Assembly: GCA_035650735.1 (NCBI GenBank)
Contig: DASRGZ010000058.1
Location: 1 to 34,116, forward strand
Direction: 5' to 3'
From: Chthonomonadaceae bacterium
Lineage (GTDB): Bacteria; Armatimonadota; Chthonomonadetes; Chthonomonadales; Chthonomonadaceae
Length of the DNA stretch: 34,116 nucleotides
The position numbers and the translations under genes were made by a program. Shown piece after piece: positions 17,188-25,610 of the stretch (its first letter is position 1; each line of letters opens with the position of its first letter). Under the pieces are notes generated by a model. It worked only from the letters and a program-made list of their open reading frames with translations, was not told the origin of the DNA and made no database searches.

Positions 17188-19839
17188 TTATCGCTTGAGT
17201 CCCGCCTCGATCTCGTACCAGAGGGTCTTGTTGGCCGGGCCGATGGCGAACGTCAGCAGCCCGCCGGAAAGCTTCGAATCGACCGTGCCGATGCGCTTGC
17301 CCGTGCCGTCGAGCGCGTAGACGGTCGCATAGGTGACGACCGTGCGAATGGCGACGGTGGCCGGGACGCCCTCCACCAGCGTCGGGCCGGTGCCCCATCG
17401 GTCACCAACGGAGGTGCGGTCGGCGTTCCACTCCATGCCCGTGTTCTCCACGCTGTCCACCGCCGTCAGCAGCAGCGAATGGGACCGATCCACCGGCTGT
17501 CCATCCATCGCCGTCAGCGTCAGGGCCGCGAAGTTCCGAGGCGTCTCCCCCGCCTGCACCAGCCAGCCCGGCATCTGGACGCTGCGCCCGCCCAGAAACC
17601 CGACCACCAGCTTCGACGAAGGCGAGTCGGCGATAAAGAGCGGCTGATCGGCGGACGGCTGCCAATCAATCGGGCCGCGCCCGCTCGGCTTGTTGATAAA
17701 ATCCTCCTCGTTGCGTGGCTTCGGCGTCGAATCCTGATCGGGCTTCTGGCCCGGCGCAAACGAGACGGAAAGCCGCTGGGTCAGCGACTCCAGGCGGCCA
17801 ATGCCCGCCGAATCCCACTCCGCCGCCACATCCGGCCCGTTTTTGGCGAGCAGCTCGACGACGTTCTCCGGCGGCACGCGCAGGCGCAGTTCGCCGTTGG
17901 CCAGGGGCATATCGTCGCGCAGGAAGAGCATTGCGGCGGCAGGCAGAAAGGCCATCTTCGCCGGGTTGGTGTCCACCGAGAAGAAGCCCTTGATCTTGTC
18001 GCTGTTCCAGGCGTTGCGGTCGCTGTTGTAGTCGAACAGGTAGAGGCCGTCCCAATCCTGTAGGGCGGCGTAGGCGGCCAGCATCAGCACGCACTCGGCC
18101 TGGTAGTCGTTGGGCGCGGGGTGGTTGTATTCGCTCACCGTAAACGGCTTGCCGGCGATGCGATAGCGCGCCAGTTCCGGCAGCGTGCCGCCATTGGAGG
18201 CGCGCGTCATGGAGGTGTTGGGAATGCGCCAGTCCACCGGATCCCAGGGCTTGTGCGGGAAATTCGGGTGCTGCCAGTAGGCGTGCATATCGGTAAAGTC
18301 CATCTGCGACTCGCGCAGCGCGCCGCCCAACCCGCCGTAGCTGGCCTGCGACCCGGCCACGTTCGCGTGGGCTTTCAGGTCGTTTTTGATGTAGTCCCGC
18401 ATCCCCGTCATATAGCGGCGTTCTGTCTCCACCAGGAAGGCGATCCAGTCCTGCCCGGCAGGGTTAGCGACGGGATGGCCGAGCGGCATGTTTCCGGCCT
18501 CCAGGCTGGCCCCCGACGGGAACTCCGTCTCTACGCCGGGCCGCAGCGAGGGGCCCGCCAGGTCCACCGTGCCGAGCGCGTCGCCCAGCACAAAGGTCAG
18601 CCGATTGTGGTCTTTGAGGGTCCGCGCCGCCGTAAACGCGCAGGTGAACTTCTGCCACTGCGGCCCGATGGTCAGGCGTCGGCTCAGGCCGACGTTGTGC
18701 CAATCCGCCTTATCCAGACTGGTATAGACCGAGATCGGACGCTCACGGTCGGCCCTGGCCCAGAAGGTGACGGTGTAAGGCTCGCCCTCGGTCAGGTCCA
18801 GCCCCGGCTGGTGGAACTGAATATGCCAGTTCTGCCCGCCCAACGTCGTGACGCGGATACGGATCACTTTGCCCGCCGCGCCCGGCGGCGCGGTTACGTT
18901 CTCCGGCAGCTCCATCTTTGCGCTGGCCGGGGCGGTATTCATTTCCAGAGTCCAATGCTCCGCGCCGCGTGAAAAGTCCGCATTTTGTAAAAGATTCGGG
19001 CCAAAAGGTTTATCTGCGGCGCTCCAAGCCCGCTTGAGGCTGTCGCTATCTTTGTACTTCTCCTTCAGCCAGGCGTTCCACTGCCGCGCCAGCTCTGCCT
19101 TCGGGAGGGGCGGCAGGTTGTCAATGCCGCCATCCCAGGCCGCGCCGAGCAGCGTGTTCTCGTTGTTGACTTCGACGACGGCAACGCACGGCTCATCCAC
19201 GTAGCGCGTGCGCGTGTAGGGGTTGCGATGGGTCAGGAGGTCATGGGCGTACTGCTTTTGCAATGCGATCATGCGCGGCATGAAGTAGGTAACGACCTTG
19301 CCGTTGTCCGGCAATGTATCGGCTTCCGGAAAACCGTCGGCCTCGGTATAGCGGCGCGAGACGTGGAGGTTGATGTTCACGTAGATGCCGTGCTGTTTCA
19401 ACTGGTAGATGAGGTAGTCCAGCCGGTCGAGCGAGTCGGCGCTGAGGTGCTGGGTATCCGGGAAGGCCGGGTCGAAGATGTTGGGTTTGGCCCAGGGCGC
19501 GTCCATGTGGTGCAGGCGCACCATGTTGACGCCGTACTTGTGCAGGCGCGCGGCGGCCTTCTCCGCGTCGGCCTTATCCGGAAAGGCGGCGCTCGCGACG
19601 ATGTTGACTCCCAGGAACCGGACGCGGTTGCCCTTCTCGTCATAGAAATGGCCGTCTCTGGCGCGGATAAAGCCGTTGACGCCCGCCGGGGTGGGGTTGA
19701 GCGCGCTGACATCCGTAATGGTCTTGCTGGCGTCATCCCAGGGCAGGACGAAAGGGAATTTTGGCGCGTCCTGCGCGCGCGCGGTCGCAAGGATACCGCC
19801 CAGCAGCACAGCAGCGATTAGAAGAACTTTATATTTCAT
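17188..19839 (-). CDS. Secreted clan GH-A glycoside hydrolase (GH148/GH5-like) with inserted CBM4/9-like module
   Basis: Signal peptide MKYKVLLIAAVLLGGILATARA; VRLHHMD, NNEN (acid/base), HAYWQHP, VSEY (nucleophile); CBM-like NLLQNADF..W..YTVTFWARA between them. Confidence 0.8.
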   Translation of the reverse strand: MKYKVLLIAAVLLGGILATARAQDAPKFPFVLPWDDASKTITDVSALNPTPAGVNGFIRARDGHFYDEKGNRVRFLGVNIVASAAFPDKADAEKAAARLHKYGVNMVRLHHMDAPWAKPNIFDPAFPDTQHLSADSLDRLDYLIYQLKQHGIYVNINLHVSRRYTEADGFPEADTLPDNGKVVTYFMPRMIALQKQYAHDLLTHRNPYTRTRYVDEPCVAVVEVNNENTLLGAAWDGGIDNLPPLPKAELARQWNAWLKEKYKDSDSLKRAWSAADKPFGPNLLQNADFSRGAEHWTLEMNTAPASAKMELPENVTAPPGAAGKVIRIRVTTLGGQNWHIQFHQPGLDLTEGEPYTVTFWARADRERPISVYTSLDKADWHNVGLSRRLTIGPQWQKFTCAFTAARTLKDHNRLTFVLGDALGTVDLAGPSLRPGVETEFPSGASLEAGNMPLGHPVANPAGQDWIAFLVETERRYMTGMRDYIKNDLKAHANVAGSQASYGGLGGALRESQMDFTDMHAYWQHPNFPHKPWDPVDWRIPNTSMTRASNGGTLPELARYRIAGKPFTVSEYNHPAPNDYQAECVLMLAAYAALQDWDGLYLFDYNSDRNAWNSDKIKGFFSVDTNPAKMAFLPAAAMLFLRDDMPLANGELRLRVPPENVVELLAKNGPDVAAEWDSAGIGRLESLTQRLSVSFAPGQKPDQDSTPKPRNEEDFINKPSGRGPIDWQPSADQPLFIADSPSSKLVVGFLGGRSVQMPGWLVQAGETPRNFAALTLTAMDGQPVDRSHSLLLTAVDSVENTGMEWNADRTSVGDRWGTGPTLVEGVPATVAIRTVVTYATVYALDGTGKRIGTVDSKLSGGLLTFAIGPANKTLWYEIEAGLKR

Positions 19840-19879
19840 TATTGTGACAGTTAAGGTTCGCCTGGAGCGACCGTTTGGC

Positions 19880-20059
19880 TCACGGGCTTGTGTTTTTCTC
19901 ACCAGCCAGCTTTGCGATGGCTGATAATAGCGCCTCCGAAAGCCAGTATCCATTCTGGCGTATCTGTTCGAGTATAGGAAGAACGTGCGGAAGCAATCCC
20001 GCTTGTTTGGCCTGTATCAAGACCCCGGCTGTACCGAGCATAGGAATACTCAATGCCTG
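19880..20059 (-). pseudogene. C-terminal fragment of a DUF3368 (PIN-like) protein
   Basis: Hand translation QALSIPMLGTAGVLIQAKQAGLLPHVLPILEQIRQNGYWLSEALLSAIAKLAGE..*, matching the DUF3368 pattern GT.GVL..AK..GL...G(F/Y)(W/R)LS...LAGE; an in-frame stop two codons upstream means the N-terminus is absent. Confidence 0.75.
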
Positions 20060-20168
20060 ATTTCACGTAGGAATATTCGCCGTTTGTCATGAAATTCCTG
20101 TGATAACGAATATTATTGAAGGCTCTCCGGTGAATCGTCGAGTCCGGATCGTGGAGGATATGCTATCT

Positions 20169-20249
20169 GGTAGACACCCCCAATCGTGTGGATACATCTC
20201 AAAAGCGTGCGCTCCATGAGAAGCGTCAACACGGTTGGGAGGGATTACC
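20169..20249. mobile_element. 81-bp MITE family A, copy 2
   Basis: Identical to 16996-17076; own 8-bp target duplication TGCTATCT (20161-20168 and 20250-20257). Confidence 0.9.
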
Positions 20250-20258
20250 TGCTATCTA

Positions 20259-20361
20259 ACTCAAGTTGCTACCTTGCCTCTTCGAGAAGGCAAACGGTGA
20301 TGCAAAAGCCGGTTTCCAGAGCGATTCTCTCTCAAACGTGTTCCTAGGTAGCAACTTGGGT
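20259..20361. mobile_element. 103-bp MITE family B (IS982-like ends)
   Basis: Inverted repeats ACTCAAGTTGCTACCT / AGGTAGCAACTTGGGT (15/16 match); 6-bp duplication TATCTA (20253-20258 and 20362-20367). Confidence 0.8.
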
Positions 20362-20422
20362 TATCTAGCGTCGTTAAGGAATCGCCATTTAATCCGAGAG
20401 TTACAGTCCGTTGGCACGACGG

Positions 20423-22303
20423 TCAGGTCCGCGGCGGACAAAGAAGCAGTCGGATCCGAACCGCCGTGCCTTCGCCGACCTTGCTCTCGATTGTCATCCG
20501 GCCCCCGTGGGCCTCGGTGATGCTCCGGCAAATCGCTAGACCCAGACCGGTGCCGCCCGTGCCGGCGGATCGAGCTGCATCGACCCGGTAGAACCGTTCG
20601 CCGAGGTGCGGCAGGTGCTCCGGCGCGATGCCTTCGCCGGTATCCGTCACCGTGACGGTGACGCTCATCGCCTCGACCATCGCGGACACCGTGACCGTCC
20701 CCTCGGGCGGCGTGTGCCGGACTGCGTTCTCCAGCAGGTTGGTAAACAGCCGGGTCAACTCCGAGCCGCTGCCCAGCACCATGAGCGCCGGGGCGATGGA
20801 CTCCAGCCGGATGCAAGGCCGATCCGGCCGCGACACGGCCTCCGCGGCCTCCTCCAGCGCCTCGATCAGACACACCGGTCCCATGTCACGGGCCAACCTG
20901 CCGGCGTCGGCCCGGGCGAGGAAGAGCAACTCCTCCACGATCCGGCTCTGCCGACCGGCGGCGGTGTCGATCGCGGCGAGGAATTCGCGATAACGGTCCT
21001 CGGGCCAGGGGTGTTCGAGGGCCAGGCTGGTGTTGGCCTTGATGATCGACAGGGGCGTACGCAGCTCGTGGGAGGCGTCCGCGGTGAACCGGCGCTGGCG
21101 ATCGAACGCCTCTTCGAGTCGCGCCAGCATCGCGTTGAAGGAGGACGACAGCTCGGAGAATTCATCGCGGCCCGCCACCGGCAGTCGTTCGGAAAGATCG
21201 CTCGCTCCCAGCCGCGCGGCCGTCCCGGCGATCTCTCGAACGGGGCGGAGCGCGCGGCCGGTCAGAAAGGCCCCGCCCAGGCCGGCGGCGAGCAGCCCGA
21301 GCGGCACGAGGGCCAGGAGCGTGGACGTCAGCGCGTCGATCTCCCGCAGAACGCCGTCGAGCGGATAGGCGAGCTGAACCACCTCATCGATCCTGCCCCG
21401 GCGCTCGATCGGCATCGAGAGTATCCGCATCGGCGTGCCGCCATCCCGGACGGTCGAATAGACCGTCCTGCCGGCGAGGGAGCGAGCGAACGCGTGTCGA
21501 TCCCAGGGTTGGTCCCAGTGTTCCCGGCCCGCCCGGTCGCGAGGGAGGATCCGCGGCAGGAGAGGAGGCAGCGCGCGTGGTCTCGACCCGACGAGCGATC
21601 CTTCGGCAGCCGCGACCATCGGATCGAGCACTCTGGGCCGGACGGTGTTCCGCCCGGCGTAGGGAGGTCCGAGCGCATACAGGCGTCCGGCCTCGTGGGC
21701 CCGCTCGGCCAGGGTCCGGTCGACCGCCGCGAACCGGTCGGCCTGCACCTGATACCGCACCACGCCGCCTAAGGCCCCCAGGATGAGGGCCAGCACGGCC
21801 ACGTTCCACAGCGTCATCCGCAGCCGGACCGTGCCCCATCGGCGGAGATGCCAGTTTGTGAGGAGCAAGTATACCAAGTAGCCAAGCATGGCACCGAGCG
21901 TATTGAGCAGGATGTCGTCTACGTCGAATATGCCTGTTCGCAATACGCGTTGCAGGGTTTCTATACACAGACTAAACGCAACCGCGATGCCGAGAACGCC
22001 CTTCCACGAAATCGGCCGGTAGAGCAAAGGCAACAGAAAGCCGAGTGGCATAAACAGGATGATATTCCCCAGTAGATTCTGTATGGCGTCGCTCCATATC
22101 GGGTATCCGCGTAGGTACGGCAATATCGTCTTAAACGGCACGTAGTTGCTATGCACGATTTTAAGCACGCCGGGAACGCCGCCCCCGCCGGGCGGCCCCA
22201 TGCCGGACGGAACGTGGTGCGTGGACACCATAAACGCCAGCAAGACCACGAGATATACTACGAGGAATATGGCGGCAAGCAGAGTTTTAGTATTTGTATT
22301 CAT
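20423..22303 (-). CDS. VanZ-domain::HAMP sensor histidine kinase fusion protein
   Basis: aa ~1-150 VanZ (NYVPF..I, NLLGNIILFMPLG, IETLQ, FDVDDILLNTLG); then TM-periplasmic-TM-HAMP, H-box DASHELRTPL, NLLENAVRH, DTGEGI, GTGLGL. Confidence 0.85.
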   Translation of the reverse strand: MNTNTKTLLAAIFLVVYLVVLLAFMVSTHHVPSGMGPPGGGGVPGVLKIVHSNYVPFKTILPYLRGYPIWSDAIQNLLGNIILFMPLGFLLPLLYRPISWKGVLGIAVAFSLCIETLQRVLRTGIFDVDDILLNTLGAMLGYLVYLLLTNWHLRRWGTVRLRMTLWNVAVLALILGALGGVVRYQVQADRFAAVDRTLAERAHEAGRLYALGPPYAGRNTVRPRVLDPMVAAAEGSLVGSRPRALPPLLPRILPRDRAGREHWDQPWDRHAFARSLAGRTVYSTVRDGGTPMRILSMPIERRGRIDEVVQLAYPLDGVLREIDALTSTLLALVPLGLLAAGLGGAFLTGRALRPVREIAGTAARLGASDLSERLPVAGRDEFSELSSSFNAMLARLEEAFDRQRRFTADASHELRTPLSIIKANTSLALEHPWPEDRYREFLAAIDTAAGRQSRIVEELLFLARADAGRLARDMGPVCLIEALEEAAEAVSRPDRPCIRLESIAPALMVLGSGSELTRLFTNLLENAVRHTPPEGTVTVSAMVEAMSVTVTVTDTGEGIAPEHLPHLGERFYRVDAARSAGTGGTGLGLAICRSITEAHGGRMTIESKVGEGTAVRIRLLLCPPRT

Positions 22304-22306
22304 ATT

Positions 22307-23473
22307 TTATTGCGCAGGAGTTGTGCGCCAGAGTGCCGCACTATGCCGATCTCCTGGAGCGCCTGGAGGAACGCCGCGATGTCGATGACGCCGGTGGCGC
22401 CGGGCATTTCGCGGGGGCTGTCCTTCCTCTCGTCCCTGGGCCGCCCAGCGGGGGCGTCGTTCACGGCCGCCGAAATGCGCGAGCGTTGCCGCCATCAGCT
22501 GGGACACGTCCCTGAAGCGGCCGTTCTTGGTTGAGCCAAGCACGACAACGGCAACTGGATGGTTGGTGCCTGCGTTGACCACGATGACGAGATTGCCGCC
22601 AGCGAGACGGGTGTAGCCGGTTTTCGAAAGTAGCAGGCCGGGATATTTTGTGAAGTAAATGTCCGTATTGACAAATCTATGACGAGTACCTTCGAGCGAC
22701 GTGATGCTTATCGCCGATTGCGTGGTAGCCGCGGCTATCTGAGGGTCTTTTTTGAGCAGTTCGCCTGCAAGCACGGCGACGTCATGCGCGGAGCCGTAGC
22801 TTCCTGCAACCGTTGCGCTTTTATCAAGGCCCGTAGCGTTCAATGCTTGGGTCTGCGCGAGGCCGGCTTGTTGAGCGGCCGTGGAGAGAAGCGAAGTGGT
22901 GTCGGTATTTTCCGCAGAGTCGGCTGCATCGGCGATAGCTTCCGCTCCCACGTTCGACGAAGCTGCAAGCGTGAGACGTGCAATGTCTTCAAAGTTAAAG
23001 GTCTCGCCGTCTCTAAAGCCGACGTCAGCCGCGTTGCCGTTCTGGGCGAGCGCGAACGGCGTCATGGTGACGACGCTGTTCGGCTGGAGCACGTTCGAAG
23101 CGGCGTAGACGGTGAGGAGCTTGGTAATCGAAGCGAGCGGCAATGGTGTGTACGCGTTTTGCGCATAGAGCGTTTGGCCGTTCGTGAGGTCATAGACGAT
23201 AGCAGCGTTGCCGATAAGCGAAATGTTCGCGTAAGCGTTCGGAGCGGCAGGCGTTGTCGACTCGTTCTCCACCGTTGGCGGTTGGATGGCGTTGTTTACC
23301 GCCGCTGAAGCATTGAAAAGATTCGACAGGCTGAGCGAGGTATACGCCTGCGGGATGCAGAACGCGCCTGCGCCGATGATAATACAGTCGGCAAGCACGA
23401 TCAAGGCAAGACGTCGGTGCCCGCGGCGCCTTCGATCACGTTGTATGCGGCGTTTGAGATCGGAGGTCGTCAT
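22307..23473 (-). CDS. Serine D-alanyl-D-alanine carboxypeptidase (peptidase S11 / PBP5-like) with a non-native C-terminal tail
   Basis: SxxK (ASITK), SxN (SSN), KTG (SKTGYT), N-terminal TM segment; RBS AAGGAG. Confidence 0.85.
   Translation of the reverse strand: MTTSDLKRRIQRDRRRRGHRRLALIVLADCIIIGAGAFCIPQAYTSLSLSNLFNASAAVNNAIQPPTVENESTTPAAPNAYANISLIGNAAIVYDLTNGQTLYAQNAYTPLPLASITKLLTVYAASNVLQPNSVVTMTPFALAQNGNAADVGFRDGETFNFEDIARLTLAASSNVGAEAIADAADSAENTDTTSLLSTAAQQAGLAQTQALNATGLDKSATVAGSYGSAHDVAVLAGELLKKDPQIAAATTQSAISITSLEGTRHRFVNTDIYFTKYPGLLLSKTGYTRLAGGNLVIVVNAGTNHPVAVVVLGSTKNGRFRDVSQLMAATLAHFGGRERRPRWAAQGREEGQPPRNARRHRRHRHRGVPPGAPGDRHSAALWRTTPAQ
22345..22464 (-). pseudogene. Fragment of a sugar-phosphate isomerase/epimerase (xylose-isomerase-like TIM barrel) gene
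   Basis: Alternative frame reads VNDAPAGRPRDERKDSPREMPGATGVIDIAAFLQALQEIG, resembling that family's NDAP..R..PG.TGVID...FL.AL..IG(YDGP) motif. Confidence 0.6.
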
Positions 23474-23521
23474 CGTCTCCTTGTCTCCTTGAGCTTGGGC
23501 TGTTAGTCGGAAGGACCGCGA

Positions 23522-24217
23522 TCATCCGGTCGGACGATCCTCGTCGGATTCGGGCGCCCGGAGCACGTACCCCTGCCCGTAGACCGAGTGGATCAGGCGG
23601 ACGGCGTGGCCGTCGTCCACCTTCTGACGGAGCTGCCGGATGCGGACGGCGACCGTGTTCGAATAACTCTCGTCGTCGTTCCAGACCCGCTCCTGGACAT
23701 ACTCGCGCGAGAGCACCCGTCCCTCGTTGCGGGCGAGCGCCTCCAGAAGCGTATACTCCCGCGGCGTGAGCGGGATCTCCCGGCCGGAGCGACTCACGCG
23801 TCGCGCCTCGGTGTCGATCTCCAGATCAGCGATCCGGATGAGCCGCGTCCGGTGGACCGCCGCGCGGCGGATGAGCGCCCGCACCCTAACCCGCAGCTCC
23901 GGCAGCGCGAACGGCTTGGGCAGGTAGTCGTCCGCGCCGATCTCGAACCCGCGGATCCGGTCCTCCAGGGTGCCGCGGGCGGTCAGCATCAGGATCGGCG
24001 TCGGATCGCGGCGGCGCCGGAGCGTCTCGCACACCTCCCAGCCGTCTATGCCGGGGAGCATCAGGTCCAGGATGATGGCGGCATACTCCCGCTCTCGGGC
24101 CAGCGCCAGCGCCTCAACGCCGTCGCGCGCCCAATCGACGGTGTAGCCCGCCTCCTCCAGACTCTCCTGGGTCCGGACGGCGATCGCCGCTTCATCTTCG
24201 ACGAGTAGTAGACGCAT
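23522..24217 (-). CDS. OmpR/PhoB-family response regulator
   Basis: LLVED, LDLMLPG, MLTA, GADDYLPKPF, winged-helix LTPREY..LL..V.GQGY. Confidence 0.95.
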   Translation of the reverse strand: MRLLLVEDEAAIAVRTQESLEEAGYTVDWARDGVEALALAREREYAAIILDLMLPGIDGWEVCETLRRRRDPTPILMLTARGTLEDRIRGFEIGADDYLPKPFALPELRVRVRALIRRAAVHRTRLIRIADLEIDTEARRVSRSGREIPLTPREYTLLEALARNEGRVLSREYVQERVWNDDESYSNTVAVRIRQLRQKVDDGHAVRLIHSVYGQGYVLRAPESDEDRPTG

Positions 24218-24232
24218 CCGGCTTCCCCGCTG

Positions 24233-24427
24233 TTATCCCCCCCCGCCCGGCTCCATCTTTACGCCCTTCGGGGGGGGCGCATGCACCCGGTTGGCAGCCG
24301 CCCGGGCCTGTTCCATGTTGATGTCGTGGTTCGGATCATGGCCGATGCCGGAGAGCGCCCAGAGGAGCGCCCCGAGGAGTAATCCGCCCAGGAGGATCAC
24401 CCCCCCGCGCAACATCCACGCACGCAT
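24233..24427 (-). CDS. Small (64 aa) membrane-anchored hypothetical protein
   Basis: Purine-rich RBS, hydrophobic N-terminus, tight operon spacing between neighbours. Confidence 0.65.
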   Translation of the reverse strand: MRAWMLRGGVILLGGLLLGALLWALSGIGHDPNHDINMEQARAAANRVHAPPPKGVKMEPGGGG

Positions 24428-24445
24428 GATACCCTCTCCTCTCTT

Positions 24446-25171
24446 CTACTTGAACGGGTAGTGCAGGTTGGTCGAGGCGTCGCCCCACGTCTGCGCGAAC
24501 GGCAGCGCCTTGACGTGGCTGTCGAGGAACAGATAGGCGGCGACGTCGCCCACGTAGCGCCGCGGCGAGATCTGGACCGCGACCATCAGGTCGTCGTACG
24601 GACGCGGTAAGTCCGCCGGTCCCCGGTCAAGCGGCGGGTTGCAGAACTTCCACCAGAAGTAGACCTCCGGCGGCTCCTGGGCCGGGCCGATCGTAAGCAC
24701 ATCGAGATCGGTGCGGTCGGTGAGGTAGATCGCATCCGCGGGCCTGCCGATCTCCGACAGAGGCCATCCGGGGGCCAGCTCACCGTTCACAGAGAAGCTG
24801 CTCGGGCCCCGTTTCGACAGGCGGTCTTCGGGGCTGTACCAGACATCCTGGTTCCGGACATACGCCTTCAGGAGCGAGGGAAGATCGCCATCTTCCACCC
24901 TCCAGTAGAACTCCCTGTATCCGTTCCAAATCGGCCACCGATCCGGCAGATGTTCGTCGTAGTCGGCGGTATACATATGCAGGGCGGCGCCGATCTGCTT
25001 GAGGTTGCTCAGGGCGGTCGACTTCCGGGCGTTCGCGCGCGCCTTCGCGAAGACCGGGAAGAGGATGGCGGCCAGGACCGAGAGGATGGCGATCACCACC
25101 AGCAGCTCAATGAGGGTGAACCCGGACGGACGGCGTCGCTGCGTCCGATGCAGTGAAGCCAACGGCAACAT
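24446..25171 (-). CDS. Prepilin-type N-terminal cleavage/methylation (DUF1559-like) protein
   Basis: [34 protein letters not shown]-terminal [11 protein letters not shown] 25171 with AGGAG RBS. Confidence 0.9.
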   Translation of the reverse strand: MLPLASLHRTQRRRPSGFTLIELLVVIAILSVLAAILFPVFAKARANARKSTALSNLKQIGAALHMYTADYDEHLPDRWPIWNGYREFYWRVEDGDLPSLLKAYVRNQDVWYSPEDRLSKRGPSSFSVNGELAPGWPLSEIGRPADAIYLTDRTDLDVLTIGPAQEPPEVYFWWKFCNPPLDRGPADLPRPYDDLMVAVQISPRRYVGDVAAYLFLDSHVKALPFAQTWGDASTNLHYPFK

Positions 25172-25309
25172 GGTTTTTCTCCTACCGGCGGATCCGGTCA
25201 CAGCGGCCCGCGCTCCTCGCGGCAACATGCCGAGTGCCGAACCGCTGACCTTATGGTACCAGTAGAAAATGACGCAAAAGTGACGAGACGCCGCCTATTT
25301 TCGGGGGAA

Positions 25310-25539
25310 ACCCAACATTGACATTGTTGCCCATTCGGTAGTTGCTCCGCCTGCTCCTTGAGCGCCGCCTGGATCACCGGGAGTTTATTTTCATCGGGGG
25401 AGGGATCGGGCGGGCCGGTAAAATGCAATCGCAACTCTGCATTTCCGGTGAGAAGACGCTGGCGGAATTGCGAGAGGACACTGAAATCGAAGCCGGGATC
25501 GGTCAGTTGCAGTCCCAGAGCGTATTTCCAGTCAATGTG
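25310..25539 (-). pseudogene. Degenerate IS1182-family transposase remnant
   Basis: HIDWKYALGLQLTDPGFDFSVLSQFRQRLL (DUF772-type motif) followed by fragments LPVIQAAL and PNGQQCQCW. Confidence 0.8.
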
Positions 25540-25610
25540 AATGGTTGCCAGGCTGACGCCCTCATTGACCAGGCTAAATCTTCCGGATAGCTTACGACTA
25601 CCTCTTTCAT
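25503..25610 (-). pseudogene. Probable truncated 5' end of a UPF0175-family gene
   Basis: TATAAT (25631-25636), GGGAG RBS, then ATG 25610: MKEVVVSYPEDLAWSM.., which runs into transposase DNA and stops after 35 aa. Confidence 0.45.

Noticed and set aside
19899..20090. 63-aa ORF and the 38-aa N-terminal extension of the hydrolase ORF in the track
   Set aside because: Both overlap the DUF3368 remnant in other frames; the hydrolase signal peptide starts at 19839.
16996..20249. Composite transposon carrying the glycoside hydrolase between two MITE A copies
   Set aside because: Each copy has its own distinct 8-bp duplication and the outer flanks differ (GAAAAGGA versus TGCTATCT), indicating independent insertions.
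20060..20420. ~57-codon plus-strand frame that reopens after removing both MITEs
   Set aside because: No recognisable homology or convincing start; too short to support.
20423..24217. Canonical vancomycin-resistance (vanHAX) cluster
   Set aside because: No D-Ala-D-Lac ligase, dehydrogenase or VanX dipeptidase in the window, so vanR/vanS/vanY symbols were not assigned.
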